Shown: positions 27,254 to 35,363 of the stretch, one piece after another | Numbering within the stretch: the first letter of the stretch is position 1 | Layout: every line of letters starts with the position of its first letter | Origin: a virus | Taxonomy: Duplodnaviria; Caudoviricetes | IMG/VR virus record: IMGVR_UViG_3300037692_000673 | Span: 1-36,290 of that record | Strand: one strand, 5' to 3' | Length of the DNA: 36,290 nucleotides | The notes under the pieces: generated by a model | Told to the model about the DNA's origin: nothing | The model's database searches: none | The model's input: only the letters and a program-made list of their open reading frames with translations | Made by a program: the position numbers and the translations under genes

Positions 27254-27451
27254 TCAATTTTTACATTCCGGTCCTGCATAGCTGCAATGCACATGTAAAC
27301 CGTCTTCTTTTTCCTGGGTACCAACATAGTGCAGACAGGTGAACGTGATCATTTTCCCCTGGGATACCTGTGTCCCCTGGCAATCGCCTTCAACTGGGCA
27401 TTCTGCAGAAATTCCGGCATGGCTTTTAATTGCTCTTCGTAGCTTTATCAT
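27254..27451 (-). CDS. Hypothetical Cys-rich protein
   Basis: 65 aa starting right after the DUF3164 stop, GGGAG RBS. Confidence 0.45.
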   Translation of the reverse strand: MIKLRRAIKSHAGISAECPVEGDCQGTQVSQGKMITFTCLHYVGTQEKEDGLHVHCSYAGPECKN

Positions 27452-27453
27452 TG

Positions 27454-28068
27454 CTATACTCCCGCCAAATCCAGACGCACAGTCTCCCATTCCGCGTCTT
27501 TGTTTGCCTTCATTTGGAACATCAGATAACTTCGATTACCTGTAATTGTAATGGCCTCGGTGATCAGATCCATGGCGGCAACCCATTCTGCATCCTTGAT
27601 CTTCAGCTTCCGCAGGCCCAGGATCCGCTTTGTATCAACATTTCCTTTACGATCGACCTTGAATGCATCAAAGACAACAACTTTAAAGTTATCATTTGCG
27701 CCCTGGCTCCAACGCTCAAGACAGGCATCTATCTTCTTCTTTGCCAGCTGCAGACGCTCGTCAAATTCGATCACCTTATTGACTTTGATCTGTAGCCGTT
27801 TGTTGCCGGAGAATCCTGTGAGCATATAATTTCCACCTGGTGACAGGGTCTCTTCACCATGCTTTGCCGCCAGCCAGTCCAGATATTTACCGATGTCACC
27901 CAGCACTGTTTTTTTAAATGCTGCAAGGCGGTCCTGCATAAGCAGAGCTGCTTTCAGCTCTTTTTCAACAAGCTGGTCCCGTTTTTTGTCCACAGGATCT
28001 ATGTATTTTGGCGGGATTGCTGCGCCCACACCATCAATCCAGTTCCCTTTTTCATCTTTAACAGACAT
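27454..28068 (-). CDS. DUF3164 (Gam-like position) protein
   Basis: IEFDERLQLAKKKIDACL, AFKVDRKGNVDTKRILGLR, WVAAMDLI; GGAGG RBS. Confidence 0.88.
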   Translation of the reverse strand: MSVKDEKGNWIDGVGAAIPPKYIDPVDKKRDQLVEKELKAALLMQDRLAAFKKTVLGDIGKYLDWLAAKHGEETLSPGGNYMLTGFSGNKRLQIKVNKVIEFDERLQLAKKKIDACLERWSQGANDNFKVVVFDAFKVDRKGNVDTKRILGLRKLKIKDAEWVAAMDLITEAITITGNRSYLMFQMKANKDAEWETVRLDLAGV

Positions 28069-28414
28069 CTGATCCCTCCTTGATAGCTCGTGATTTACGC
28101 TCAAAATAGACTTGACACCGGCTCAAGAAAGCCTCACACAAGTGAGATACCCGTATTAACTTGGCATCATCAACATCCTCCACTACCTGCCAAATTTCAT
28201 CAGACAACAGCATGAGACTGGTTCGTGCTGCTTGTTCGTACCCTCCGATAATCGTCTCAACACCTTTGTTGCCTTCGTACAAAAACGCCGCTTTTTCACG
28301 GATTGCTGCCAGCCTGATATTCATGGCGGCTGATCCGGTCATACTGAGTTCGGCCTGGATATCACTCACGTCACCGAGTATCTGTCGTGCTGCTTCTTGG
28401 ATTTGATTACTCAT
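28058..28414 (-). CDS. Hypothetical protein
   Basis: 118 aa, GAGG RBS. Confidence 0.6.
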   Translation of the reverse strand: MSNQIQEAARQILGDVSDIQAELSMTGSAAMNIRLAAIREKAAFLYEGNKGVETIIGGYEQAARTSLMLLSDEIWQVVEDVDDAKLIRVSHLCEAFLSRCQVYFERKSRAIKEGSDVC

Positions 28415-28446
28415 TGAACACCTCTTTAAGTGTTTTTTAACCGATG

Positions 28447-28752
28447 TTAAAAAGCGTTTTTATCGCAGGTTTGACAAGCATCCCATAACTCCACTCTAGT
28501 GGGATTTGCCGTTGAAAATTCCATCTGTCGCTCAAGAGCACAACGCCCTAAAGGGATATCCCCCAAAACAGGGCAGGACACGATCTCATTGCCATATATT
28601 TCAACGACCTTTGCCGCAACTCTCTTGGTATTTCCTTGGTATTTATCCTGCAACACCTGGTTCACTGCCGACGCGCTGTAGCCGATTTTTCTAGCTACAG
28701 CTGCCTGGCTGCTTGCCTCGATTGCGTTTTCCAGTAATTCTTTCCAGTCCAT
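28447..28752 (-). CDS. HTH DNA-binding protein with C-terminal Cys cluster
   Basis: SQAAVARKIGYSASAVNQVL..KY; CPVLG...C...ACQTC. Confidence 0.8.
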   Translation of the reverse strand: MDWKELLENAIEASSQAAVARKIGYSASAVNQVLQDKYQGNTKRVAAKVVEIYGNEIVSCPVLGDIPLGRCALERQMEFSTANPTRVELWDACQTCDKNAF

Positions 28753-29081
28753 TAGTCATCCGCTCCAAAAATCTCACCAGTGTTCAGGTCGCGCAACCCT
28801 CCTTTCCCGTGGGGTAATGGAGCCTCTGGACCTGTGTCCTGGATCAGTTCGTATTTTCTGGTGTATCCCGGCCTGGTTGGTTTCCCCACAGGGCCGATAT
28901 CTTCGACATATCCCCACTTTTTAAGTATCCGCAGGTATTTCCACAGATTCGGCAAGGTGATTTCTGCTGTTGCAGCGATTTCCACAGAGGTAAACACCAC
29001 GAAAATACGCATGGATTTCCATGCCCTGTTCCTTGCTGTATTGCCGGCAAAACGCCGTTGCATTCCTTTCTTCCCTGCCAT
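28752..29081 (-). CDS. Winged-helix protein
   Basis: AWKSMRI...FT..EIAATA...YLRILKKWGYV...DTGPEAP. Confidence 0.75.
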   Translation of the reverse strand: MAGKKGMQRRFAGNTARNRAWKSMRIFVVFTSVEIAATAEITLPNLWKYLRILKKWGYVEDIGPVGKPTRPGYTRKYELIQDTGPEAPLPHGKGGLRDLNTGEIFGADD

Positions 29082-29783
29082 TTATACGCTCCGGGAGTCA
29101 AAGAAAAGTCTACGTTTACCCCAGCCTTCCAGGTCTACACTGTCAATATTGCTGCTCTTGGCGTGGCGTTCTATGGCTGCCAGGCCATTTGTCACCAATC
29201 CGATATTCCCTCCTGACTCTGTGTGTAATCTAGCCAGCAAATCGTCAGCAACACCCACTTCACATTTGTCATCACAGACTAAACGGGTGTCGTTGATATC
29301 AAGTGGTTTGAATGGAATATCCTGGGTGATCCTGCGCATGAAACGTTCATTGTTCGCCAGTGATCGGGTAATATCATCCATCCCGATCATGACCACTGGA
29401 CGCCTGCTGAGATCGTAGATGTCCCGCACCACATCGATCATGGCCTCGTTCAGATAATCTGCTTCATCAATAAATAGTGAACGTCTGGTCACCTTCAGCT
29501 GCTTGACCACAAATTCAAACATCGGATTTATAAAACGACTTGGTTTACCGCCAAGCTCATTAACCATGGCTGCAAGCATGGAACTGATACTCCAGGTTCT
29601 CAATGCCCTGACATGGACGCCGTTTACCCGGTTGCACACAAATGCAGTTCCCCAGGTCTTGCCTTCCCCTGGTCTGCCACGAAGTAGAGACATTCCTTCA
29701 ACATTAAGGCTGCGCTCCTCCTGTGCCCCCATGGCCACCAGATAGGCTTTGATGTTTTTAGTTATTGTCGTTTTCACTCGCAT
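29082..29783 (-). CDS. MuB-like AAA+ transposition ATPase
   Basis: Walker A GRPGEGKT, Walker B LFIDEAD, VRDIYD; follows the transposase. Confidence 0.92.
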   Translation of the reverse strand: MRVKTTITKNIKAYLVAMGAQEERSLNVEGMSLLRGRPGEGKTWGTAFVCNRVNGVHVRALRTWSISSMLAAMVNELGGKPSRFINPMFEFVVKQLKVTRRSLFIDEADYLNEAMIDVVRDIYDLSRRPVVMIGMDDITRSLANNERFMRRITQDIPFKPLDINDTRLVCDDKCEVGVADDLLARLHTESGGNIGLVTNGLAAIERHAKSSNIDSVDLEGWGKRRLFFDSRSV

Positions 29784-29831
29784 CCGCTATAATCCTCCTT
29801 ATTCTTTGGGGGTATCCCCGTCTTATATTGT

Positions 29832-29858
29832 AGCCGTGTTCCAGCACGGCTTTTTTTT
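29832..29858 (+). terminator. Terminator-like hairpin between MuA and MuB, T-tail on the plus strand
   Basis: AGCCGTG-TTCCAG-CACGGCT followed by T7. Confidence 0.55.
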
Positions 29859-29870
29859 GTTTACGTGTTT

Positions 29871-32150
29871 TTATGCTGATCTTGTCTGGGCATCTTCTTC
29901 ATAAATATCCCGAAGCGTCTCATATTCACTGGTAGTCTTGTAATACTCGACCCATCTCCGCTGCGTTTCAGTCATGGCAGGCAGGTTCTGCAGATATTCA
30001 AACCGTTCCCAACCATCCAGGGCGTCCCACCCTGACTGCTCTGAATCTTTGAGCTGTTTGCTATAAAAATCACCACGGGCATCCACCACATTTACACTTA
30101 TTTTTTTCGCTCCCGGTGCGGTCTCCAATAGAATTTTTTCAGCAGCAAGTTCTTCCTCAACGGTTAATTCAAGCGGATCTTCCGAGATGTACTGATTGTC
30201 GATGATATCAAGTGCCCGGTATGCTTCTTCCAGACCGGCAGACGTGTGCTCGTTTGATTTTTCCGGGAAATTGATGATGTTATCCACCTGCTCTTTGCGA
30301 TAGTCGATATATTCCTTATAGGCTTCACGCTCACCTTCACTTTTTGTTTCCTTGAGAAGCTGACGTTTGCGTTCCCGCATCAGTTTTGCCTGATGATTTT
30401 TCGACTTGGTGTAAAATTCCTTGCGGTCAATGCCGGTGTAGATCGGGTCAATTGCCGGACAGAGGAACGACTTTTCACCAGATTCGTTGATCAGGTAAAT
30501 GTAGATAGTGCCCAGATCAGTCGGGTCGAGCAACACAAACACTTTATCGCCAACATGCCCTGCAAAGTCAGGCGATTGGTAATAGCGGTTTTCAACCTGG
30601 ACACCTTTCTTGCCGATGGTTCTTTCACCACCGCTTGTTGGGGCCGGCATCAGCAGCATATCCAGTGCCCTGGTGTTACTGATTCGTCTTATAGGTTTTG
30701 TCCAGGAACGCACAATTTCTATCGGCTTTTCCCCATTAAGACCGCCATGTCGATCATGGTGATAAACATGCTCAGTCCAATTATCGCAAAAAGTCTGCAG
30801 CTCTTCGCTGCTCATGTTGACCTGAACAGGATCACTGCCTTTGTTCATCACTCTTTCAGCAAAGGTGCGCCTGGCTTCAATCGCTTTACGCTCTGCAACA
30901 TTATGGCCGATATAGCCGGGCATCAGCTCAACGAGGCCATGTAGAAACGTCCGAAAACCGCGTTCCATATGTGGTTTTTCTTCACCCTTGAACGGAGTGC
31001 AAAGCACCTGTTCAATATCCAGGGCATCCAGAACCCGCACAACATGATTGGAAATATAGTCTTTGCCGTTATCCGTCTTGAGGATCTCGGGCACACCCCA
31101 ATCAAGTATGCAGCGCCTGATCAATGACACAACTGCTGTCGCCCGGGATGTCCTCGAGACAAAAAACTTCATCCGTCTGCTGTAGACATCATTCATACCG
31201 ATGAGAGAATGGCGGCCATCGGTCAGCATCAGGTCTGCAGGTGTGGAGTCAGCCTCCCAGAGACCATTTAAGGCTGTTACTTTTTCAGACGCGGAGCCGA
31301 ATGCGAACATCCTCTTATTCCGCCATTCGTCCGGATTAGTTAAAAACAGCCAGAATTCCTGGTTTTCGGAAGTCCAATTAGCACAAAAACGCCTTATGAC
31401 ATCTGTGCTTGGAACATTTTTCCGGAACCTGCCAAGCAGAGCCTTGCGGATATTTTCACAGCTGGTGGCCGGATTCTTTATCATTATATCCAGGACCTTT
31501 TTTTGCTGTTCCTCGGTTAGCTTTGTATTTCCTTTTCTTGGGTTGTAATTGTTGCTTTTAAGGCCGATTAATCCGTGTTTATCGTAGTTTTTACGCCACC
31601 TGTTGAGTGTGGAATAACTGATTGACTTTCCGACCACCTTGCGGATCTCGTCGTCAAGATTCAGGTGACCGCTATTGTATTTCTCAATAAAGGCAAAAAA
31701 ACCTTTTTTACTGTGGGTGGATCCTCTTCTGACCTTGTATCCCGCTGCCATGACAAAGCTTGAACATGCAGATAAAAGATCACGCCGGGCATAGGCAAGG
31801 GCTTTTTTGTCTTCAGAGAGAAGTTCAAACATGGCCAGCCCGTCTTCTTTTGCAATCTGCCGTCGCTCTTTTTCTTCAGCTGCATCTACAAGCATTTCTT
31901 TTGCAGCTTCGATACCGAAAGTAGCAGCCTTATCATGCAAGACGGTGTCGCATGATGGCATAGCGTTGTGTTTTGCGATATCAATCCGTAAATCACGGGG
32001 CAACTGATTAACAAAATAGAGTTTTACCTTGCCGCTTTTGCCGTTATTCCAGATAAAAGGGGTCTCGTTTTTATCCAGTTTGCGGGCAACAGACGTCCGG
32101 TGGACGCCTGTTGCCTCTGAGATATGTGTAAGTGTAGCAGTTGGTTCCAT
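29871..32150 (-). CDS. MuA-like DDE transposase
   Basis: WEADSTPAD, KTDNGKDY, KPHMERGF catalytic triad; N-terminal HTHs; C-terminal Mu beta-barrel. Confidence 0.95.
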   Translation of the reverse strand: MEPTATLTHISEATGVHRTSVARKLDKNETPFIWNNGKSGKVKLYFVNQLPRDLRIDIAKHNAMPSCDTVLHDKAATFGIEAAKEMLVDAAEEKERRQIAKEDGLAMFELLSEDKKALAYARRDLLSACSSFVMAAGYKVRRGSTHSKKGFFAFIEKYNSGHLNLDDEIRKVVGKSISYSTLNRWRKNYDKHGLIGLKSNNYNPRKGNTKLTEEQQKKVLDIMIKNPATSCENIRKALLGRFRKNVPSTDVIRRFCANWTSENQEFWLFLTNPDEWRNKRMFAFGSASEKVTALNGLWEADSTPADLMLTDGRHSLIGMNDVYSRRMKFFVSRTSRATAVVSLIRRCILDWGVPEILKTDNGKDYISNHVVRVLDALDIEQVLCTPFKGEEKPHMERGFRTFLHGLVELMPGYIGHNVAERKAIEARRTFAERVMNKGSDPVQVNMSSEELQTFCDNWTEHVYHHDRHGGLNGEKPIEIVRSWTKPIRRISNTRALDMLLMPAPTSGGERTIGKKGVQVENRYYQSPDFAGHVGDKVFVLLDPTDLGTIYIYLINESGEKSFLCPAIDPIYTGIDRKEFYTKSKNHQAKLMRERKRQLLKETKSEGEREAYKEYIDYRKEQVDNIINFPEKSNEHTSAGLEEAYRALDIIDNQYISEDPLELTVEEELAAEKILLETAPGAKKISVNVVDARGDFYSKQLKDSEQSGWDALDGWERFEYLQNLPAMTETQRRWVEYYKTTSEYETLRDIYEEDAQTRSA

Positions 32151-32159
32151 GGTTTTTTC

Positions 32160-32843
32160 CTAGAGGTCTCTGACTGCTGTAAGAAGATTTTCCAGCAAGT
32201 TCTGCACAACCTCCTTACTGGTGTGGCGCCACCTGGAAGCCATCTCCTCTTCGATTGTGGAAAGCATGGTTCTAAAAGATAGATCCATCTTCGGTGAAAT
32301 ATTGGTGCCATGTTCCTTAACGGTACCGCCGCTCAGTTTTTCCTTTGCTTCCTGGAGTTTGTTGCGGAACTTTTCGCCTTTGTATTCATAGACGCAGCGG
32401 CTGACCAGGGCGGCTGTGATTCGGATGTCTTCTTTTTCGGCGGTTTGGATGACGAGGAGCCAGATCTCGGGTTGTTCTTCTGGGGCAATGGAGGTTAGGG
32501 GGCGGCATTGGCGTTCGTTGGCGGGGAGGTCTTCTTGTTTAAAACCTGACCCATGGGTCAGGTTTTCGGAAGCTTCATTTCCTGCGCCATGGCGCAGGTT
32601 TTCATAAACCAGAGCAGCGTTGATATACCGATAGACAGTACGCTCAGCCATACCCCAAACTTCGTTCGCATAAACCTCAAAGGTATCAGCCTGCAAACGA
32701 TATAACTTTTCCGCCTGGATCTCGGCAAGAGCCATACCAACCGCATAAAAACCACGCTGGTGGGTATCAATAACAGCCTCCAGCTCTTTCAGTTTTCGCT
32801 CTTCCTGCTTACTCAAAGGTTTAATATTCACTGCACCGCTCAT
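32160..32843 (-). CDS. DUF3102-like DNA-binding protein
   Basis: FYAVGMALAEIQ..KLY...TFEVY...; LPANERQCRPL. Confidence 0.65.
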   Translation of the reverse strand: MSGAVNIKPLSKQEERKLKELEAVIDTHQRGFYAVGMALAEIQAEKLYRLQADTFEVYANEVWGMAERTVYRYINAALVYENLRHGAGNEASENLTHGSGFKQEDLPANERQCRPLTSIAPEEQPEIWLLVIQTAEKEDIRITAALVSRCVYEYKGEKFRNKLQEAKEKLSGGTVKEHGTNISPKMDLSFRTMLSTIEEEMASRWRHTSKEVVQNLLENLLTAVRDL

Positions 32844-33151
32844 AGCATTTCTCTCCCGTACTCTTCTTGTTGTTTAAGTTGCTCAGCCAGCTCCAGACTC
32901 TCCACCAGGGTGAAAAACCGGAATCTATAGCCTTCCTTCTGCCGCCATCGGCCGTTGATCCTCAGCCGGTAATATTTTGTCCAGTATTCCATCCCCATCA
33001 TCGGGCACCAGGGATATCGGTTCCGCTTGCTTATCGTCGCCGACGATCGCCACTGTCGTGCCTGGAAAAGTTCAATTTTAAGTAGTTTCTTGCCATTTGC
33101 TTCGGCAACCCAAAACCGCCAGATGGCATCTGGTTTACGTTCATCACTCAT
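32840..33151 (-). CDS. Hypothetical protein
   Basis: 103 aa, coupled to the downstream gene. Confidence 0.55.
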   Translation of the reverse strand: MSDERKPDAIWRFWVAEANGKKLLKIELFQARQWRSSATISKRNRYPWCPMMGMEYWTKYYRLRINGRWRQKEGYRFRFFTLVESLELAEQLKQQEEYGREML

Positions 33152-33163
33152 TGTTTCGGTGGT

Positions 33164-33631
33164 TTACCCCTCCATCTCCTCAAGAAACCGCATCCGCTTA
33201 CGCTTCTCAGCCCTGGCCTTACTTTCCTGTTCCGTAAATTTCTGTATCTCGGCCCTCAAGGCCTCAGGGCCAGGCATAGCAAACATATCTCCACGCTCTG
33301 CGAGCAGCCTGATCGGCTCTCTATCCCCGGTTACCCTGCAAAAAGCCGGCAAATACTCTGCTGGTATCCTGTTCCGTTCCTTGGACTCTGCCGTCCAGGT
33401 ATCTATGGTAGTTTTTGATACTTCATGGCCAAGAAGATGGCTCATTTCACCGGCGATCTGATGCCGGGAGAGGGAACATTGTTTAATCGCCGCTATAAGG
33501 GCAAGCCGGAGTTTGTTTGCAATATCAAAATGCCCTTCTTGCGACGCCTCAGTATCAGCTGCCGAAACACTCTTCAATACGTCCAAAAGGCTCATTTGCC
33601 TATTGTCTATTTTTCTTTTACGCTTAGACAT
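33164..33631 (-). CDS. Phage regulatory CII-like protein
   Basis: LSRHQIAGEMSHLLG...TIDTWTAESK...IPAEYLPAFC.VTG; start placed at MSKRKR. Confidence 0.7.
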   Translation of the reverse strand: MSKRKRKIDNRQMSLLDVLKSVSAADTEASQEGHFDIANKLRLALIAAIKQCSLSRHQIAGEMSHLLGHEVSKTTIDTWTAESKERNRIPAEYLPAFCRVTGDREPIRLLAERGDMFAMPGPEALRAEIQKFTEQESKARAEKRKRMRFLEEMEG

Positions 33632-33983
33632 TGCAGCAGCCTTGTTTTTCCGGTATCCTGTTTGGAGGGAAAAATTGTTTTTGTAAATTGTGCTCTTGTT
33701 TCGCTGCTTCTGCCTTAGCAAACGCTTTGATTTCCTTACAAATCAACCGTTGTAGAAAAGCGCGTGAGGTACCCCCCCAGGCCTGCTCGTAAGTAAGACC
33801 CAGCCTGGTTGCTACAGCTTGCTGCACAGCCGTATTTTTATAGGTGCCAAAAGTACCATTTTTACGCTTGTAACGGGTTTTCTTCACAACCTTCTGTACA
33901 TGGTGGTAGCCGTGCCCTATATCATGGGAAATTCCCTGGACAGTAAGGCCGCGTAATTTTATTAGTTTTTGGAGGTTATTCAT
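33624..33983 (-). CDS. Ner/Cro-like HTH protein
   Basis: KLIKLRGLTVQGISHDIG...VQQAVATRLGLTYEQAW. Confidence 0.7.
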   Translation of the reverse strand: MNNLQKLIKLRGLTVQGISHDIGHGYHHVQKVVKKTRYKRKNGTFGTYKNTAVQQAVATRLGLTYEQAWGGTSRAFLQRLICKEIKAFAKAEAAKQEHNLQKQFFPPNRIPEKQGCCNV

Positions 33984-34031
33984 AAGGACTCTTTTTTGTA
34001 TAACAATCATCTTAAATATGGAGAAAACATT

Positions 34032-34226
34032 ATGTGCGACGAAAAACTCTTTTCAAACGCAGTCCAATTAGCCGCTGCTTTTGTTGCCAACGGTGACATC
34101 CGTTGCGGTAAATCTTTTCGCGAAGATACAGACGCCATGAACATAATCAGTACCTTGGTACCATCAATCTACACGGCCCTGGAAGACGCAAAACAGACCA
34201 TTGAGGAAAGAAGATCCAATGGTTAG
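34032..34226 (+). CDS. Small opposite-strand protein (64 aa)
   Basis: GGAGA RBS; fills the gap in the early operon; weak likeness to the Ros/MucR N-terminal domain. Confidence 0.6.
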   Translation: MCDEKLFSNAVQLAAAFVANGDIRCGKSFREDTDAMNIISTLVPSIYTALEDAKQTIEERRSNG

Positions 34227-34456
34227 CGACAGTAAACATATTGACCCAGCGCTGGAAAAAATACCTTTTCACCTGAACGCCCTGCTCGCAACTCGACTGC
34301 TCGATCGCCCACATAACCAACCAACTGTGAAGGCGGTACATTACCTGTGAAAGAGACAGTCACGCACTCACCTACGTGCTTATCAAAATCGGGAGAACAG
34401 AATTGCATACCACTAATCATAACCCCATGTTTTGTGATAGTTTTAGTAACTCGCAT
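34223..34456 (-). CDS. Stand-alone Mu transposase C-terminal-like mini-protein 2
   Basis: KTITKHGVMISGMQFCSPDFDKHVGECVTV vs MuA RTIGKKGVQVENRYYQSPDFAGHVGDKVFV, 14/30 identical without gaps; GAGG RBS. Confidence 0.7.
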   Translation of the reverse strand: MRVTKTITKHGVMISGMQFCSPDFDKHVGECVTVSFTGNVPPSQLVGYVGDRAVELRAGRSGEKVFFPALGQYVYCR

Positions 34457-34491
34457 GTAAACCTCTTTTTTTTTGTTTTGGGTTATCTAGA

Positions 34492-34692
34492 TTACTGGGT
34501 GACCTGGCGGCCGTGGTGGACACGTTGGGCAATGCACCGGAACCGTCCACCTAAAGAATAAACATAAACACTATCAGGAGTGAGCGGATCAACCATGACC
34601 TTAACCCTTTCGCCTTCTGTCAGTTCGTCAGACATAAAGGCTTTGCCAAACATGGTAACGCTCTCTTGAGACACAGTAAAAACGGGGTTCAT
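34492..34692 (-). CDS. Stand-alone Mu transposase C-terminal-like mini-protein 1
   Basis: GERVKVMVDPLTPDSVYVYSLGGRFRCIA vs MuA GDKVFVLLDPTDLGTIYIY...FLCPA; GAGG RBS. Confidence 0.7.
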   Translation of the reverse strand: MNPVFTVSQESVTMFGKAFMSDELTEGERVKVMVDPLTPDSVYVYSLGGRFRCIAQRVHHGRQVTQ

Positions 34693-34737
34693 AATTACCT
34701 CTCTTTTTTTTGCTTTTGGTTTGTCTAATAAAACTTA

Positions 34738-34774
34738 ATCTATAGATAGTCATAAACTACATACGTGGTTTATG
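34738..34774. promoter_or_regulatory. Candidate operators in the divergent repressor/early promoter region
   Basis: Palindrome ATCTATAGAT (34738-47) and inverted repeat CATAAACTAC-N4-GTGGTTTATG (34751-74). Confidence 0.45.
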
Positions 34775-34793
34775 CAAGGGTAAAATTACAAAC

Positions 34794-35309
34794 ATGGTTA
34801 TTGCTGACCGGTTATCTATCCTCGTAAACGAAAAAGCGAAAGGAAATCGCAAGGCTTTTGCTGAAAACGCTGGCCTAAAACAGGCAACTTTCAATAATTA
34901 CATAAGTAAAGGTCGTCCTCCAACCGCAGACGCTCTAAACAACATTTGTAATACCTATAAAGTTAATTTAAATTGGCTTGTTTCAGGAATAGGCCCTCGA
35001 TACATCACAGACCAACAAGAACAACAAATCCTCGACCCAGATCCAGAAATAGCATCCCTGATGGAGGGAGCAAGGCGGGTACTGACCAGCGGCAACCCTG
35101 TAGCATTTGATGCCCTGGAGCGAAATATCAGGTATTTTGATCACGCCATCGCTGCCGAAAAACGTGCGGATGCCTCCGAAAAGAAGCTACAGGAAATGGA
35201 AGATGATATGGCAATTATAAAGAAAGAAATAGCCAGGATGAAAAAGGAAGATTGCGAGGATGGTACCCGTCGTCAAGGGGATCAATCACAGGACGAGAAG
35301 GCAGCGTGA
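34794..35309 (+). CDS. Prophage repressor (XRE HTH) without S24 peptidase
   Basis: RKAFAENAGLKQATFNNYI..GRPP...VNLNWLVSG; divergent from the early operon; helical C-terminus. Confidence 0.85.
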   Translation: MVIADRLSILVNEKAKGNRKAFAENAGLKQATFNNYISKGRPPTADALNNICNTYKVNLNWLVSGIGPRYITDQQEQQILDPDPEIASLMEGARRVLTSGNPVAFDALERNIRYFDHAIAAEKRADASEKKLQEMEDDMAIIKKEIARMKKEDCEDGTRRQGDQSQDEKAA

Positions 35310-35363
35310 TTTTTGTTGTATTTTAAATGACACCGCCAGCCTAAAAAAGAAGGACATAACCTA

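Noticed and set aside
34427-34456. MRVTKTITK resembles the MuB N-terminus MRVKTTITK (29783)
   Set aside because: Only nine residues; better explained by the longer match to the MuA barrel, so probably chance
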